A stretch of DNA of 64,000 nt from Malacoraja senta. Its lineage: Eukaryota. Where the stretch lies: NCBI GenBank assembly GCA_038087875.1, contig CM075988.1:25794001-25858000 (forward strand). The letters are read 5' to 3'. This document shows positions 1-12,450 of the stretch, piece by piece (position 1 is the stretch's first letter; every line of letters starts with the position of its first letter). Made by a program: the position numbers and the translations under genes. The notes under the pieces were generated by a model, which did not search any database, was not told the origin of the DNA, and worked only from the letters and a program-made list of their open reading frames with translations.

Positions 1-721
1 TGATGGCCTGAATAGATGGCGAGGAATGGAAACTTGCAAAAGATAATTCATACAGCACAGCAGGCCATTCGGCACATCATGCCTATGCTAGTATTTGTAC
101 CACGTGCTTGAAAGCGCGCACCACCAGACTCAGGAACAGCTTCTTCCCCTCTGTTATCAGGCTTCTGAATAGTCCTTCCACAAGGTAGGGTAGTGTCCGA
201 TTCACCTCTATCACATTGTGGACATTGGACTTTGTCTCTGGGCCTGGTGAGCTACAATGCTGAGAACTATATTCTGCACTCTGTATCTACCCCTTTGCTC
301 TACCTATTGGACTTGAGTTTGACTGAATGGTATTTATGTGTTGTACATCTGATCTGTATGGATAGCAAGCAGAACAAAAGCTTTTCACTGTACAATGACA
401 ATAATAAACTTAAATCTAAATATGCCAAAGGGAAATATTTACAGGGATGTGGGAAAAGATCAGTGCAGAGTGACTCAGCCTGAATAAGGGTCTCGACCCA
501 AATCGTTACCTATTCCTTTTTTCCAGATATGTTGCCTGACCCGCTGAGTAACTCCAGCTTATTGTGTCTGCCTTTAGTGCAGAGTGACTGATTGATAGTG
601 GTGACAATATTGGCATAGGCATGATGCGCTGATGGAACTTCGTGTGCTGTGTGAATCCATGTCTTGCAAACCTCTAGACCCTTTTCTTCCTCATTCTTTC
701 ACGTCTTCCAATGTCAAGCAG

Positions 722-862
722 CATGAGGACTCCGCGGGTGGCCAGCCCGCCCAACAGGTGGCGTACCTGGAGGAGGAGCGGGTCAGGGTTCTTGCCAACG
801 TGGATGAACTGAAGCAAAGGATCAAGGAGCTGGACCAACAACTGGAGGAGTCCACTCATGAG
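722..862 (+). CDS. PHLDB1: PHLDB1 coding exon (HEDSAGGQPAQQVAYLEEERVRVLANVDELKQRIKELDQQLEESTHE), coiled coil; gene begins upstream of the window
   Basis: Acceptor ..aagcag| (tandem AG, alternative start 719), donor GAG|gtaggg, 141 nt, phase 0-0. Resembles recalled human PHLDB1 HED...LEEER...KELEQQLQES. Confidence 0.9.
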
Positions 863-953
863 GTAGGGGTTTGCTCTCACTCCGGGGCTTGTCTCCAATA
901 CATTAAATCTGCAAAATTGCTACGTCTTTCAAAGACAGGTTCTCATCGGGTTG

Positions 954-1168
954 TGTAGGAAGGAACTGCAGGTGCTGGTTTTAACCGAAGATAGACACAA
1001 AATGCTGGGGGAACTCAGCGGGACAGGCAACATCTCTGGATAGAAGGAATGGGTGGTGAGGTGAAGGAATGGGTGACCCCAAGGGTCCCGACCCAAATTG
1101 TCACCCATTCCTTCTATCCAGAGATGTTGCCAGTCCCGCTGAGTTACTCCGGAATTTTGTGTCTATCT
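954..1168. mobile_element. Palindromic Penelope-like (pLTR-derived) repeat
   Basis: Inverted arms; flanking near-duplication tctcatcgggttg (941-953) / tcttatcgagttg (1169-1181). Confidence 0.7.
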
Positions 1169-1887
1169 TCTTATCGAGTTGCCAGAGTTGGGTTAAATAT
1201 GGTAAGATTCAGTGTAGAGTCAATGACCATTAATAGGTCACCAGGAAATAAATGGGGGAAGGGATTGGTGGGATTTCTCTGAGAGACACCATGGACTTGA
1301 TGGGCCAAACGACCTCCTCATTGTCACGAGAAAATGTGAGGATTAAATATAACACAGATTAAGATGGGCTGACATTGCTTCACTAAGGGAGTGATGACTC
1401 TTTAGACTTCTCTGGTCCAGTGAGTCTCGGAGGCTCAGTTGCTGAGTTTGGTCAAAACGAGGAGTCGTAGACTTGTCAACATCGAGGGAGGCAACACACA
1501 TGGACATTGTGGTGGGAAATAACACTAAAGAGAAGATCAGCCTTGACCTTATTTGACAGTAGAGCAGGCTTGAAGGGTGCGTTCCTGCTCTTAGGTCCTT
1601 GCGTTCTTTCCAGCAGTGACTGCATTTGACTGGAGCCTGGAATGATGTGTGGGTATGAAAGGCAATTTGCAAATGCAAGATGCTTTTCATCTTGAAACTT
1701 GTTGATGCTCCACAGATACTTGATTAGTACGGGTGTCAGGGATTATGGGGAGAAGGCAGGAGAATGGGGTTGAGAGGGAAAGATTGATCTGCTATGATTG
1801 AATGGCGGAGCAGACGTGATGGGCCGAATGGTCTAATTCTGCTCCTGGAACTCGTGAAGTTCATAATTGCTGCGCTGTTTGTCACAG

Positions 1888-2025
1888 GCGGAGATGGAAC
1901 GAGCGCTGCTTCAGGGGGAGCGTGAGTCTGAGGTCGCTCAGATCCACCAGGAACAAGAGATCATCAATCAGCTGGAGGAGAAGCTTTCCGAGCTTGAGAA
2001 CAACATCCAGAGAGAAAAAGACCAG
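1888..2025 (+). CDS. PHLDB1: PHLDB1 exon (AEMERALLQGERESE...IQREKDQ)
   Basis: cacag|GCG ... CAG|gtattg, 138 nt, phase 0-0. AEMERALLQGERE is a PHLDB1 signature. Confidence 0.95.
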
Positions 2026-5000
2026 GTATTGTCAGTCCCAGCTCCCTACTCTTCTAATCTTTCAATGTTCCTTTCTTTAAACTGCAGGATGGGTTCTGAG
2101 ATTCGAGTCGCTGTGAGCTAGCTGTGTCTCTTCTCTCTACGTTGCATGCTTATGTTGAACTGTTCAGAAGACCTTGCTCAGGACTGGGCTGCACGCCACA
2201 GTCAAGCTTCTGCACGCTTCTGTCAAGCCACAGCCTGGCTATTCTGCTCAGAGAAGTGACTCCCTCTTTCCTGTTTTTGCTCTCCTTCTAACTCCAGGTG
2301 TGTTTATAGGTGTTGCCCATTCTTTATCATTGGGGGCAGGTAGCTACACTCTCACCAACAGCCAACCACACCAACCTCCAAACATGTTGCAACCAAATGC
2401 AACAAGACTTTAATTGCAGATCAGTTGTTGGCAACAATTCTTTTGTGAAGATTCAAAGGGCCATTGTCTACTTATCTGGCTTTCATCTTTATGGGATTTA
2501 TTAGCCTGCGTGCGTGCGTAATCTCAGATGTAGCTGCCCATGAGAGAGGTTGTTGACGCCCCTACAGTATTCACACTGACAAGATAAAGGACTGAAGCAA
2601 AGATACAAAGTACTGGAGTAACTTAGTGGGTCAGGCAGCATCTCTTGAGAAGCAGCATTCCACTGTTTTGCAAAACCATGAACTTCCTCAGTGAACAGTG
2701 GAATTAAAAACCATTAAATATTTTGATGTTGCGAGCTAAGTGCTCTAGGTTACAGGGGTCACACGGATTTTGAAATTCAATTATGGGTGAAAACTAAACA
2801 CGAGTCTGCAATCCATCAGTCACATGGGATGCACTGAATCCTTGCTGTTTGCTGCTGCAGAGATGGACAGCATAAACGCATATACTGATATACTTTAGGT
2901 AGGAAAGAACTGCAGATGCTGGTTTAAATAGGTAGACACAAAATGCTGGAGTAACTCAACGGGACAGGCAGCATCTCTGGAGAGAAGGAACCCATTCCTG
3001 CTGCCTGTCCCGCTGAGTTACTCCAGCATGCTGTGCATACTAATATAGACATGGGGTGTTTAGTGCATTAGATGGGGCACATATATATAAACTCAGAGCT
3101 GTGAGGCTGAATGGTTTGTTTCTTAGTGAACACAGCCACAGTAGATCTCTCTACTTGAATCCTATCACATGGCCTTATTGTTTGCTTTCCTCAGCTTTGT
3201 ATAGGCTTTCCCAAAGCAATGTCTTTTCTCACCTTCAGCTCTTCACCCACCAACCCACTAACCTCCTATTTTCAGTCTGAAGAAGGGCCCCGACCCAAAA
3301 CGTCACCCATCCTTTTTCTCCAGAGATGCTGCCTGACCCGCTGAGTTACTCCAGCACTTTGAGTCTATCGTAACATCACCTCACTGATATCTAGTCTACA
3401 ACACTAATGGAGGGGATTGAACCCTAAATCCTCAACATGTGAATGAATGGCAGAGATATAATTGAGTAGGAAGGGACTGCAGATGCTGGTTTACCACAAA
3501 ATGCTGGAGTAACTCAGCGAGTCAGACAGCATCTCTAGAGAGAAGGAATGGGTGAAGTTTTGGGTTGGGTCTGAAGAGGGGTCTCGACCCAAAATGACAC
3601 CCGTTCCTTCTCTCTGGAGATGCTCAAGCAAGAATTTCAAGCAAGAATTTCATTGTCCTATCTGGGACACATGACAGTAAATCTCTCTTGACTTGACTTG
3701 ACTTGCTGCCTGTCCCACTGAGTTACTCCAGCATTTTGTGTCTATCTTTAGAAATGTAATTGATTTTGATGCATTAATTAATTAATGGTGATTTATCACT
3801 AATCAGGTGGTTTGGTAGATGAGAGGCAATAGCCATTAGGTGCAGGAGTAGGCCATTCGGCCCTTCGAGCCAGCACCGCCATTCAATGTGATCATGGCTG
3901 ATCATCCCCAATCAGATGTTTGTGTGTCTCAAGACAAAGAGAGCATGTATGAGATGGCCAGTGTGTTGGACGGCAGCAGAATTATGGCAGGCTTGTCAAC
4001 AAACAATGTGTTTACTCACCAACCAATGTCTGCTCATGTAGATCCGGTTCTGAGCTGTTATGTAGATTAAAGATCTTGCAATAAAAGATGATGCAAGTTT
4101 ATAGTTTCCACTCGGCACTGTGCTGGGGGTGAGGGTGGAAGTGTGCACAGGTCTGGGTGTTTACCATCATTTTTCTTGGTAGTGCCTCCTGCAGTTGAAT
4201 AGCCTAGTACCCACTAAATGGGTTCCAGGCAACTGGTATCCACAAACGCATGTCCCTGTGAAAATTGGTACAACAGTGGAAAAATGGTCCAAAAAAAGTC
4301 AGAAATGGAGCATAAAACCAATCCAAACATTCGACAATCTGCTCACATCAGTCACAGAACCAGAGTGAAACTTTGACGCCTCAAATGGACAACTACAGGT
4401 GTCTAGTTGTTCTAATGTCAATATGGTAAGACATGCTTGAATTAATTGAGAATCCATTGCTTCCTTTAAGAAAAATAATGTTTGTGTCTGACATGATGGT
4501 TCATGTAGTCTGCAGAGATGGGTGGTGATTTATCATGGGTTATTCTACCCCTCTCGCCATCTATCTCTCTCTCTCCCTCCCTCTCTCCCTCCCTCTCTGC
4601 CTTTGTCTCTCTTCTTAGATGTCATGAAGTCATGTGTTTCTAACGTTCTTTAAAACAAATTTAAGGTGAGGGGGGAAGGATTTAATAGGAACCTGAGGGA
4701 CAACCTTTTACACAAAGGATGGTAGGTATTTGGAACAAGCTGCCAGAGGAGATAGTTGAGGAAGGTACTATCACAATGTTTAAAAAACATTTGGACAGGT
4801 ACATGGAGAGGATAGGTTTAGAGGGATATGGGCTAAGCGCTGATAGGTGGCACTAGTCCAGGCTACATCAATGTCACCGTTAATTATGTTGGGCTTTGTG
4901 AGCTCCAGCCTAAGGTGTGGATTCAGAGAAGCAATAAACAAGGATTGCAGACCTTATCCTCTCCCACCTGGGCTCAAGCTTCAGTGATCAATGCAGAGAG

Positions 5001-7473
5001 AGTCCAAGACCAAACTAGCCAGGAGTTAATGCTAATGCTTACTACACCAGAGATTTGTGACGGATTTTACTCTTGCTTAAATACTGTCTCAAACTTTCTG
5101 TGGACTAACTACTTGTAGCGGTTTGATCTACTGACCGCGCTTACTCTCTGCATGCCTTGCTTCCGCTCGGTGCCCTAGGTTAGAGAACGTAGCGGTGACC
5201 TAACTTCAACTCTGCATCCTCTGCACCCATATCCATCCTCCTCCACAGAAACAACATCATCGATACAACTGCATGTTCATCCTCACCTAAACACCTGGGC
5301 ACACATGGAGGCACCTCATTTATCAGCTTGTAAACATACAGTTTTTATTAACATTTATGTATTAGGTTAACGACTATAATGATGCCTTTCTGCTATTATT
5401 CCTAATCTCGTGGCATGGCCAGAGGAAGGTGGAGGAGATTTCATGGTACACGGCTCTCAAGGGGGGAAAAACGCACCCTCTTGTGTCTTGCAAGCAAAAT
5501 CAATTTGGCAAATTGCTTGCTTTAAATTAATTAACAACAGAAGTGGCCTGAGATTCATTCCAAAGTGGATGATTTAAAAAAACATTTGTTGACACTCCTT
5601 CTCCAAGCTGGTAGCACGATGGGGACTAAACCAGTGCCATTTATTTGGTCACTCATAAATCAGAGGCAGGCTATTGAGTAGATGAAGGGCAGGTCATACT
5701 TTTTCAGGACAATCTAAAGTTTGTTGTCACTCCTTTGGTACAGATTGAGATTTGAAGAGTCCATGGATGGGACAAAAGCAAGGGCCCACTCTTCCTAACA
5801 TCACAGACACACATTGGTGGTGGAGAGAGTGGTGGCAATCCAATCAATGTGGGTAGAATATGTGAATGTTGGGCTTATCAATCACTCTTCTTCCTGCATT
5901 GACCTCAGCCCATGATCACCATTAGGAATGAACACCCAGCCAAACACAACTGACTCAACGCCTCTGAAATGCCACCATCACAAGTGGTGGTGAGGGCATG
6001 CTCTACACACGTTCCATATGACTGTGTGCATGTGGGTACACATGCCTGCACGTATCTCTACACCATCCAAACATGTCCAAACTGGGATATTTTATGACTT
6101 AGCCAGAGTTGGAACAGTTGTGCAATACAATATTTATGAGAGTCTAGTTATCAAATGTTTCAATGGCAGCTGAGAATGAGGACTTGCCATTACTGGTGGG
6201 GATCTGACAACAACATAAACAACAAGGATGGCCAGAACTGAAGTTGAAGTGCCACAATTCTCAGTTATAGATACAAGACCATGAGAAATAGAAGCAGATT
6301 CAAGCCATTCGTCCCATCAAGTCTGCTCCACAATGCGATCATGGTGGATCTGTTTTTCCCTCTCAACTCCATTCTCCTGCCTTCTGCCCGTAACCGCTGA
6401 TGCCTTTACATCAAGTATAGGGACGATGGGAATGGAAAGAGAAGGGTTTCAATATTTAGAATTGAGCTGAATGTGCAAGGCTTGAAATTGGGCCGTGATG
6501 TGCCCATCCTTTACGGTCAAAGGCCCCTGTTGACTGTGAGATGTCAGCATTGCCTCCATGTGTGAAGTTCTAGCCAGAAGGCAGCCCAACCAGTGCAAGA
6601 CTGGAAGAGATGCTCGTCTCTGTTGACCATAATGGCTTGAAGCTGATTCCCCTTCTCCAGCTGAGAGCTCTTCACAATTCAGAATATTATGTAATGTAAT
6701 ACACATGTTCTGGATTGTCGAGACATGTCAGCTAGGTTACAGTGCTTGGACTGGGAGGAAATAGGATGGAATTAATATTTCAGATAGCGATAAAACCATA
6801 AAGGGCCTCTCTATGCTGTGACTCAGTAATTCTCTAGACAGCCCAACAACACTCAAATCATTTTTTTTCTCAGGCTTCTCTTTCTTCGCTGCCTCTTGCT
6901 GGAACAAAGTTCCACAGACCTACAGCTTGTTTTGCAGTTAATCCTTTCAGCCACTTTAGTAAAAGATATCTGCAAATGCACCCCCCCCCCCCCCCCCCAA
7001 CTAATATATTGCTTACTTGTGGGCTGGAGTTGGGTCGGGAGGGGCTTGGAATGTTCATGGAGGCACCAGTGGCAGTCTATATGTTACTCCTGGTTTCTAT
7101 CCTGCCAAGGCTTGTCTTGTTTAAGTCACCAAGAGAATTAGTGGAAATGCATAGAAAGTTTTTAAGATAATGAAATGATAGATATAAAGAAGATGCCTCC
7201 ACTGTAGTGATATTGAAAGACAATCAGCTAATCCATCCAGTAATGAATTGTCTAGTAGACAGCGAACGTTTGTTCTCACATGAGGGGGTCTTCTTATGGA
7301 GTCAACATCACAAGATTCGAAATAGTTCAGCCAGAGCTGAACACACTTCTCGGCATCTGCATACAATGGCGCCTTGCGCTTTTTGTGCGTGGTGGTGGAA
7401 AGATTGGTGGAAACACTAGGGCTCTTTCCTGGACCCCACATGAGGGGTGGAAGTACCTCACATACATTCATTA

Positions 7474-8063
7474 AGGGGCTGTCCCACTGCGAGGACCTAA
7501 TTGGCGAGTTTAGAAGAGTTTGTGCTCGACTCAAACTCGCAGCATGGTCGACACGTGGTCCTAGGAGCTTTATGTAACTCTCCTTCATGCCAGAGAGAAG
7601 TTCCCGCATACTCCAGGCCTCAGTTTGGTCGAGGAGTATTTTTTAGCATGCTGAAAATTGTCCACGAGTAAAAATTGGTCGGCATGGAAAAAATCTCTTT
7701 TTTTTACTCGTAAGTTTAGTCGAAGTAGGTCAGCATGTTATTCATAGGTAATCGAAGGTAATCGAAGGAAGTCAAAGGTAGTCGTAGATAGTGTTAGTAT
7801 AGTCGAAGGAGGTCGTCTTCACTCTCCACTATTCGGTGTCCAATTTTCCCGAAGCTAGTCGAAGCTAGTCTTCAACATAGTCCAAGGAGGTCGAAGGAGA
7901 TTGAAGGAGGTCTTCTACATATTTGTAGGAGTTTCTCTACTTAGTCGAAGGAGGTCGTAGGAGGTGTTCTACTTCGGCGATACTACAAGACCATGACACT
8001 TTTTAAAACTCTCTTAAACTCTTCTAAACTCGCAAATTAGGTCTCCGCAGTGGGACAGGCCCA
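7474..8063. mobile_element. Non-autonomous DNA transposon (PIF/Harbinger-like MITE, long variant)
   Basis: TIRs of about 45 bp (ggggctgtcccactgcgaggacctaattggcgagtttagaagagtt), TWA-like flanks, internal (gtcgaagga)n low complexity. Confidence 0.7.
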
Positions 8064-8920
8064 TAAGACTTGTGTGAGAGATGGAGGGCAGGACACAGCC
8101 AGGGTTAGATAAAGTCACTGGGGGTAGGGTTGGATTGGGGCACAAACACCCGATAAATGGCCAGTTACAATTCTGCAGAATTGTGAGGATGGCAATTCCT
8201 ACCTTGTGATCCAAAGGCTTACAGTACCATGTATTTAAACGATGACTGAGGGTCATTAGTCCTGCCCCGCTCACTTGATGGCTTCCAAACAGTAGAATCT
8301 CCTAGGGCGAGTAAGGAAGCAGAAAAATATCCAAGTTGGGTGTGAAGGATGGGGTAGGTTGTAGGGTTTGAGAGCCTAGATTTGCCTAGAACACCGTGAG
8401 TATTGGACTTTGTGGGGTATGGAATGAGGAGAGGAAGTCGTTCCAGAAGAGTGCATGGCTCTGGCTTAGCCTCAGCATGCAACAAAGAATGAATGTATTG
8501 ACTCGGAGAAGAATCTGGGAATGGGACCAAAAGTATGTCCAACCAGACAGCAGAATTAGACAGACTAGATTATTGTTTCTCTGTTAAATTTTTGCAAAGC
8601 TGGCAAACTTTGATAAGCAGGAATGGCAAATATTAGAATATTCCCTTTGGAAAATATAAAATAAAAATGAACCAAACCTTCCAACTAAACACCCTTCAAG
8701 TGAAAGTAGAAATGCAAGAGGCATGAAATCCCAATGTGATACACATTTGAAACACTCCAGTGTTGACAATATAACAGGTGGTTTAATAACGCTAATTCAT
8801 GTATTTGAATGAAATCCTTTCTATCTCATTCAGAAATATTATTCAAATACACTGAATAAAGAATGGCTGGTCTTGATAGTCCTTCATTATCACGATAGTT
8901 CCCAGTTTTTGCAATGTTTA

Positions 8921-9192
8921 AGGCCCTGTCCCACTTACGTGATTTTTTCGGCGACTTGCCGGCACCCGTCATAGTCGCAGCAGGTCGCCGAAAATCTTCA
9001 TCATGTTAGAAAATCCAGTGGCGACCAGAAAAAGGTACGACTCTTTGGACGACTACTCACGGCCATACAGGCGATATGTCGAGGGGTGACGCCTGTATGG
9101 TCGTGAGTAGCCGCCCAAAGAGTCGTACCATTTTCTGGTCGCCGCTGGATGCCGGCAGTCGTCGAAAAAATCGCGTAAGTGGGACAGGCCCT
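8921..9192. mobile_element. PIF/Harbinger-like MITE
   Basis: TIR ggccctgtcccacttacg...cgtaagtgggacaggccc, flanked by TTA/TAA. Confidence 0.75.
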
Positions 9193-9384
9193 TAAGTACA
9201 CTGACTGGTTATATCACCAACACTTGTCACAGATATCACCACAGTACATTCGTTCAAGGGACGACAATAGGATAAGTTACCAAGTTTAGGAAAATTGAAG
9301 TTGGGTAAATTTTTTGATGATTGGATAACTATTTGAAAGGCAATATTTGAAGTGCAATGGGAAAGCAGATTGGGAGAAGAACTA

Positions 9385-9630
9385 GTGTTTAAGAAGGAAC
9401 TGCAGATGCTGGAAAATCGAAGGTGGACAAAAGTACTGGAGAAACTCAGCGGGTGCAGCAGCATCTATGGAGCGAAGGAAATAGGCAACGTTTCGGGCCG
9501 AAACCCTTCCGGGTTTCGGCCCGAAACGTTGCCTATTTCCTTCAGGGTTTCGGCCCGAAACGTTGCCTATTTCCTTCGCTCCATAGATGCTGCTGCACCC
9601 GCTGAGTTTCTCCAGCACTTTTGTCTACCT
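9385..9630. mobile_element. Palindromic Penelope-like repeat, three-lobed subfamily
   Basis: Near-perfect inverted arms; 14-bp TSD tgggagWagaacta (9371-9384 / 9631-9644). Confidence 0.75.
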
Positions 9631-9952
9631 TGGGAGTAGAACTAAATAGGTAGATGCTGTAACACACAGGCTTAGGCACGACGGGCTGAATGGCCTCATC
9701 CTCTCCCATAATACGCTAGCTGCCGAAACCGAAGAAAAGTCTTTTTCGGACGCGAAGAGCTCAACAAACAGCAATCTGGCTTCTATTCTCAGGCCTCTTC
9801 CCTAAACTTCCCCCCCCCAGTCTCCAAGCACATTGGCCATTCCCACCTTCGACAGCTATCTTACCTTTCTAATCTTCAGGCTCCTGCATGGCGTGGGTTT
9901 GAGAAGTGTGTTTTGTCTCTCTTTTTTTTGTCGTTTTTGTTTTCAAATTCAG

Positions 9953-10081
9953 GAAAGGGTAAAGCTTGATGCAGAGAAAAAAGAAGTAGAGAGACTGCAA
10001 TCGCATTGCCATGAGCTGAAGAGGCAGCTTGATAAATGCCCTGAGTCAATGAGGGAACAGTTACAGGAACACCTGAAAAGG
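9953..10081 (+). CDS. PHLDB1: PHLDB1 exon (ERVKLDAEKKEVERLQ...LDKCPESMREQLQEHLKR)
   Basis: Long T tract then ttcag|GAA ... AGG|gtcagt, 129 nt. The LDxCPESxREQLQE motif is shared by PHLDB1/2. Confidence 0.93.
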
Positions 10082-10625
10082 GTCAGTTTTTTCTTACCTC
10101 GTTGGCTTCCCCTTCCCTGTGGATCGCGTGACCTCTCTCACCCTGCATACGGACTGATTCCAGGGACTAATGTCACTGTGCAAGGAGGCAAGTCCTGGAA
10201 TCAGAACTGTTTCGTAAGGTACTTGCGGTATTCCCTACAAAATATAAAACTCAGGAAGCATGGGATGCATGAGTAGCTATGTCTTGTACATTGGTTTCAT
10301 TTTGTACGTCAAGTTTGATTCTGTTGCACTTAACTAAATTTAATTAGATGCTTTAAACTTCTGCTTTTTAAACACCATTAACTTTTACTTTAACCATGTC
10401 TAGCAAGCACTGATATGTGGTTTGGAGATCTTTGTTGAAGCATTAGATGCCTCGAGCTATATATATCCTGATAGATGTTGAGGGTGTGAGATTTCAGTCT
10501 AGATTGTACCCTATGCCGTGTTGGACAAGTCACATCGGTGTACATTGGGAGGGTCTTCCTTCAGCTTGAGGTGCAGGAGATGTGCTCTCTGAAAGTAGTG
10601 ATGGACCTCTCATGCCTTGCCTTAG

Positions 10626-10781
10626 GAAGCCGAGGCTCTCGAGTCTGAAGCCAAGCTGTTTGAGGACCTGGAGTTCCAGCAGTTGGAGAAGGAGAGTCGC
10701 CTGGAGGAGGAGAGGGAGACGGTGAGCCAGCAGCTCCAGCATGACAAGGCTGAGTACCAGCGCAGCACCATGCGGAGAAAG
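10626..10781 (+). CDS. PHLDB1: PHLDB1 exon (EAEALESEAKLFEDLEFQQLEKESRLEEE...STMRRK)
   Basis: cttag|GAA ... AAG|gtacgg, 156 nt; FEDLEFQQLE motif. Confidence 0.95.
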
Positions 10782-11391
10782 GTACGGCCCGTCCTGCAGC
10801 CACGCGTGCTGCCTCTCCCACACTGCACCACCTGCACCAGCAGCCTGGCATCACATGCACGTGCCTCTATACACTATACATACAGTTACTGCTGGACATC
10901 AGGCATGACATGGTGGACATCTGCATAGCAGGATTGCACAAACAGTGTGATTACAGTGTTGATGGAAGTGTATTGTTCGTAACAAAGGGAAAACTCCGAA
11001 ACAGGGCTGGGGTTTTGCTTACATTCTACTGATAAGGGGACATAGGACTTCTGTTCAGCATTTCCTTGGTGATACCGACTGAAGACTGCAACGACCAGGT
11101 TCAGGAATAGCTACTTCCCCACAGCCATCAGGCTATTAAACTTGGCTCGGACAAACCTCTGAACATTAATAGCCCATTATCTGTTATTTGCACTTTATCA
11201 GTTTAATTATTCATGTGTGTATATATTTATATAATGGTATATGGACACACTGATCTGTTTTGTAGTCAATGCCTACTATGTTCAGTTGTGCTGAAGCAAA
11301 GCAAGAATTTCATTGTCCTATCAGGGACACATGACAATAAACTCTCTTGAATCTTGATTTTGTCTTCAAACTTGTCACGTCTACTCTGCAG

Positions 11392-11502
11392 GACAAGGTT
11401 TCTGCTCTGGAGAACCAAGCCAATCAGATCCGCTACCAGGCCATTCAGGAATACGAGAGAGTAAACCGGGAGAAAAACGCAATGGTCCAGATGCTGCAGA
11501 AG
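11392..11502 (+). CDS. PHLDB1: PHLDB1 exon (DKVSALENQANQIRYQAIQEYERVNREKNAMVQMLQK)
   Basis: ctgcag|GAC ... AAG|gtaaag, 111 nt, phase 0-0. Confidence 0.93.
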
Positions 11503-12360
11503 GTAAAGTCTGAAGAAGGGTCTGAACCCAAAATGTCACCCATCCCTTGTCTCCTCATCTTGGCATGTTTTGATACTGAGTGAAATAAGTGGCAAGGCTA
11601 TAGGTTAAGAGTAGGCGGAGTGGAACCCATTAGATCGCTGTACCAATGGCTATCAGAGGCATAAAGGGCCAAATGGCCTGTTTCAGTTTTCCATCTTGCT
11701 GAGATGACACCAGTCTCTTGAGATGAGGCCAGGGTCAGACAGGTCAACAAGGGACAGACAGGTCAATGAGGGTCAACAAGGGTCAGACAGGTCAATGAGG
11801 GTCAACAAGGGTGAGACAGCATCGATGTGGAGAGGAACTGAGGCTGGATGGATCAGGGGATCTTTGCCCATGCTTCATTGCTCCGTATGGACCTCAGAAT
11901 TGATCAGCCATTGGCTGGGGAGGAGGGGCAGCCCAGATAATAGGAATCTGAGGGGTAACATTTTCACACAAACGGTGGTGGGTGTCTGGAACAAGCTACC
12001 AGAGGAGGTAGTTGAGTCTGGGACTAATGCAATGTTTAAGAAACATTTAGACAGGTGCATGGATAGGACAGGTTTGGAGGGATATGGGCAAAATTCAGGC
12101 AGGTGGGGTGGGACATGTTGGTCGGTGTGGGCAAGATGGGACGCAGGGCCTGTTTCCACACTGTATGAGATGTTCCTCCAGCCTGTTGCCACAATGTATG
12201 AGCAACCTGCCCCCACACTGGTGCGGTTCAGCAACACCTTACTCACTGCTCATACTGTAAAGTTCATTCATAAATCACCTGTGTATTACGTCTTGGAGTG
12301 TAACGTCCTAAGATTTAACTTCAATTCTTTTACTGATTTGCGAATATCTCTCTTTTTCAG

Positions 12361-12450
12361 GAAAAAGACAAACTGGCCAATCTGGAGAAACAATACTTCA
12401 TGGTGACTGGTGGCAAAACTTTCTCCAAAAGTTCCTCAGCATTGAAAGAG
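12361..12450 (+). CDS. PHLDB1: PHLDB1 exon (EKDKLANLEKQYFMVTGGKTFSKSSSALKE)
   Basis: tttttcag|GAA ... GAG|gtgaaa, 90 nt. Resembles recalled EKEKLTVLERRYHSLTGGRPFPKTTSTLKE. Confidence 0.93.

Noticed and set aside
2088..2113. Acceptor-like ctgcag 62 nt after the donor at 2025, leading to GAT GGG TTC TGA (poison or terminal exon)
   Set aside because: The intron would be near the minimum size, and there is no other support.
6874..7170. Strong-looking acceptor (ttttttttctcag) followed by an open phase-0 frame
   Set aside because: No good in-frame donor, the frame runs through a poly-C tract, and it has no resemblance to PHLDB proteins.
11723..12406. 227-aa ORF
   Set aside because: Chimera of a short tandem repeat and a CR1 tail, overlapping the real exon in another frame.
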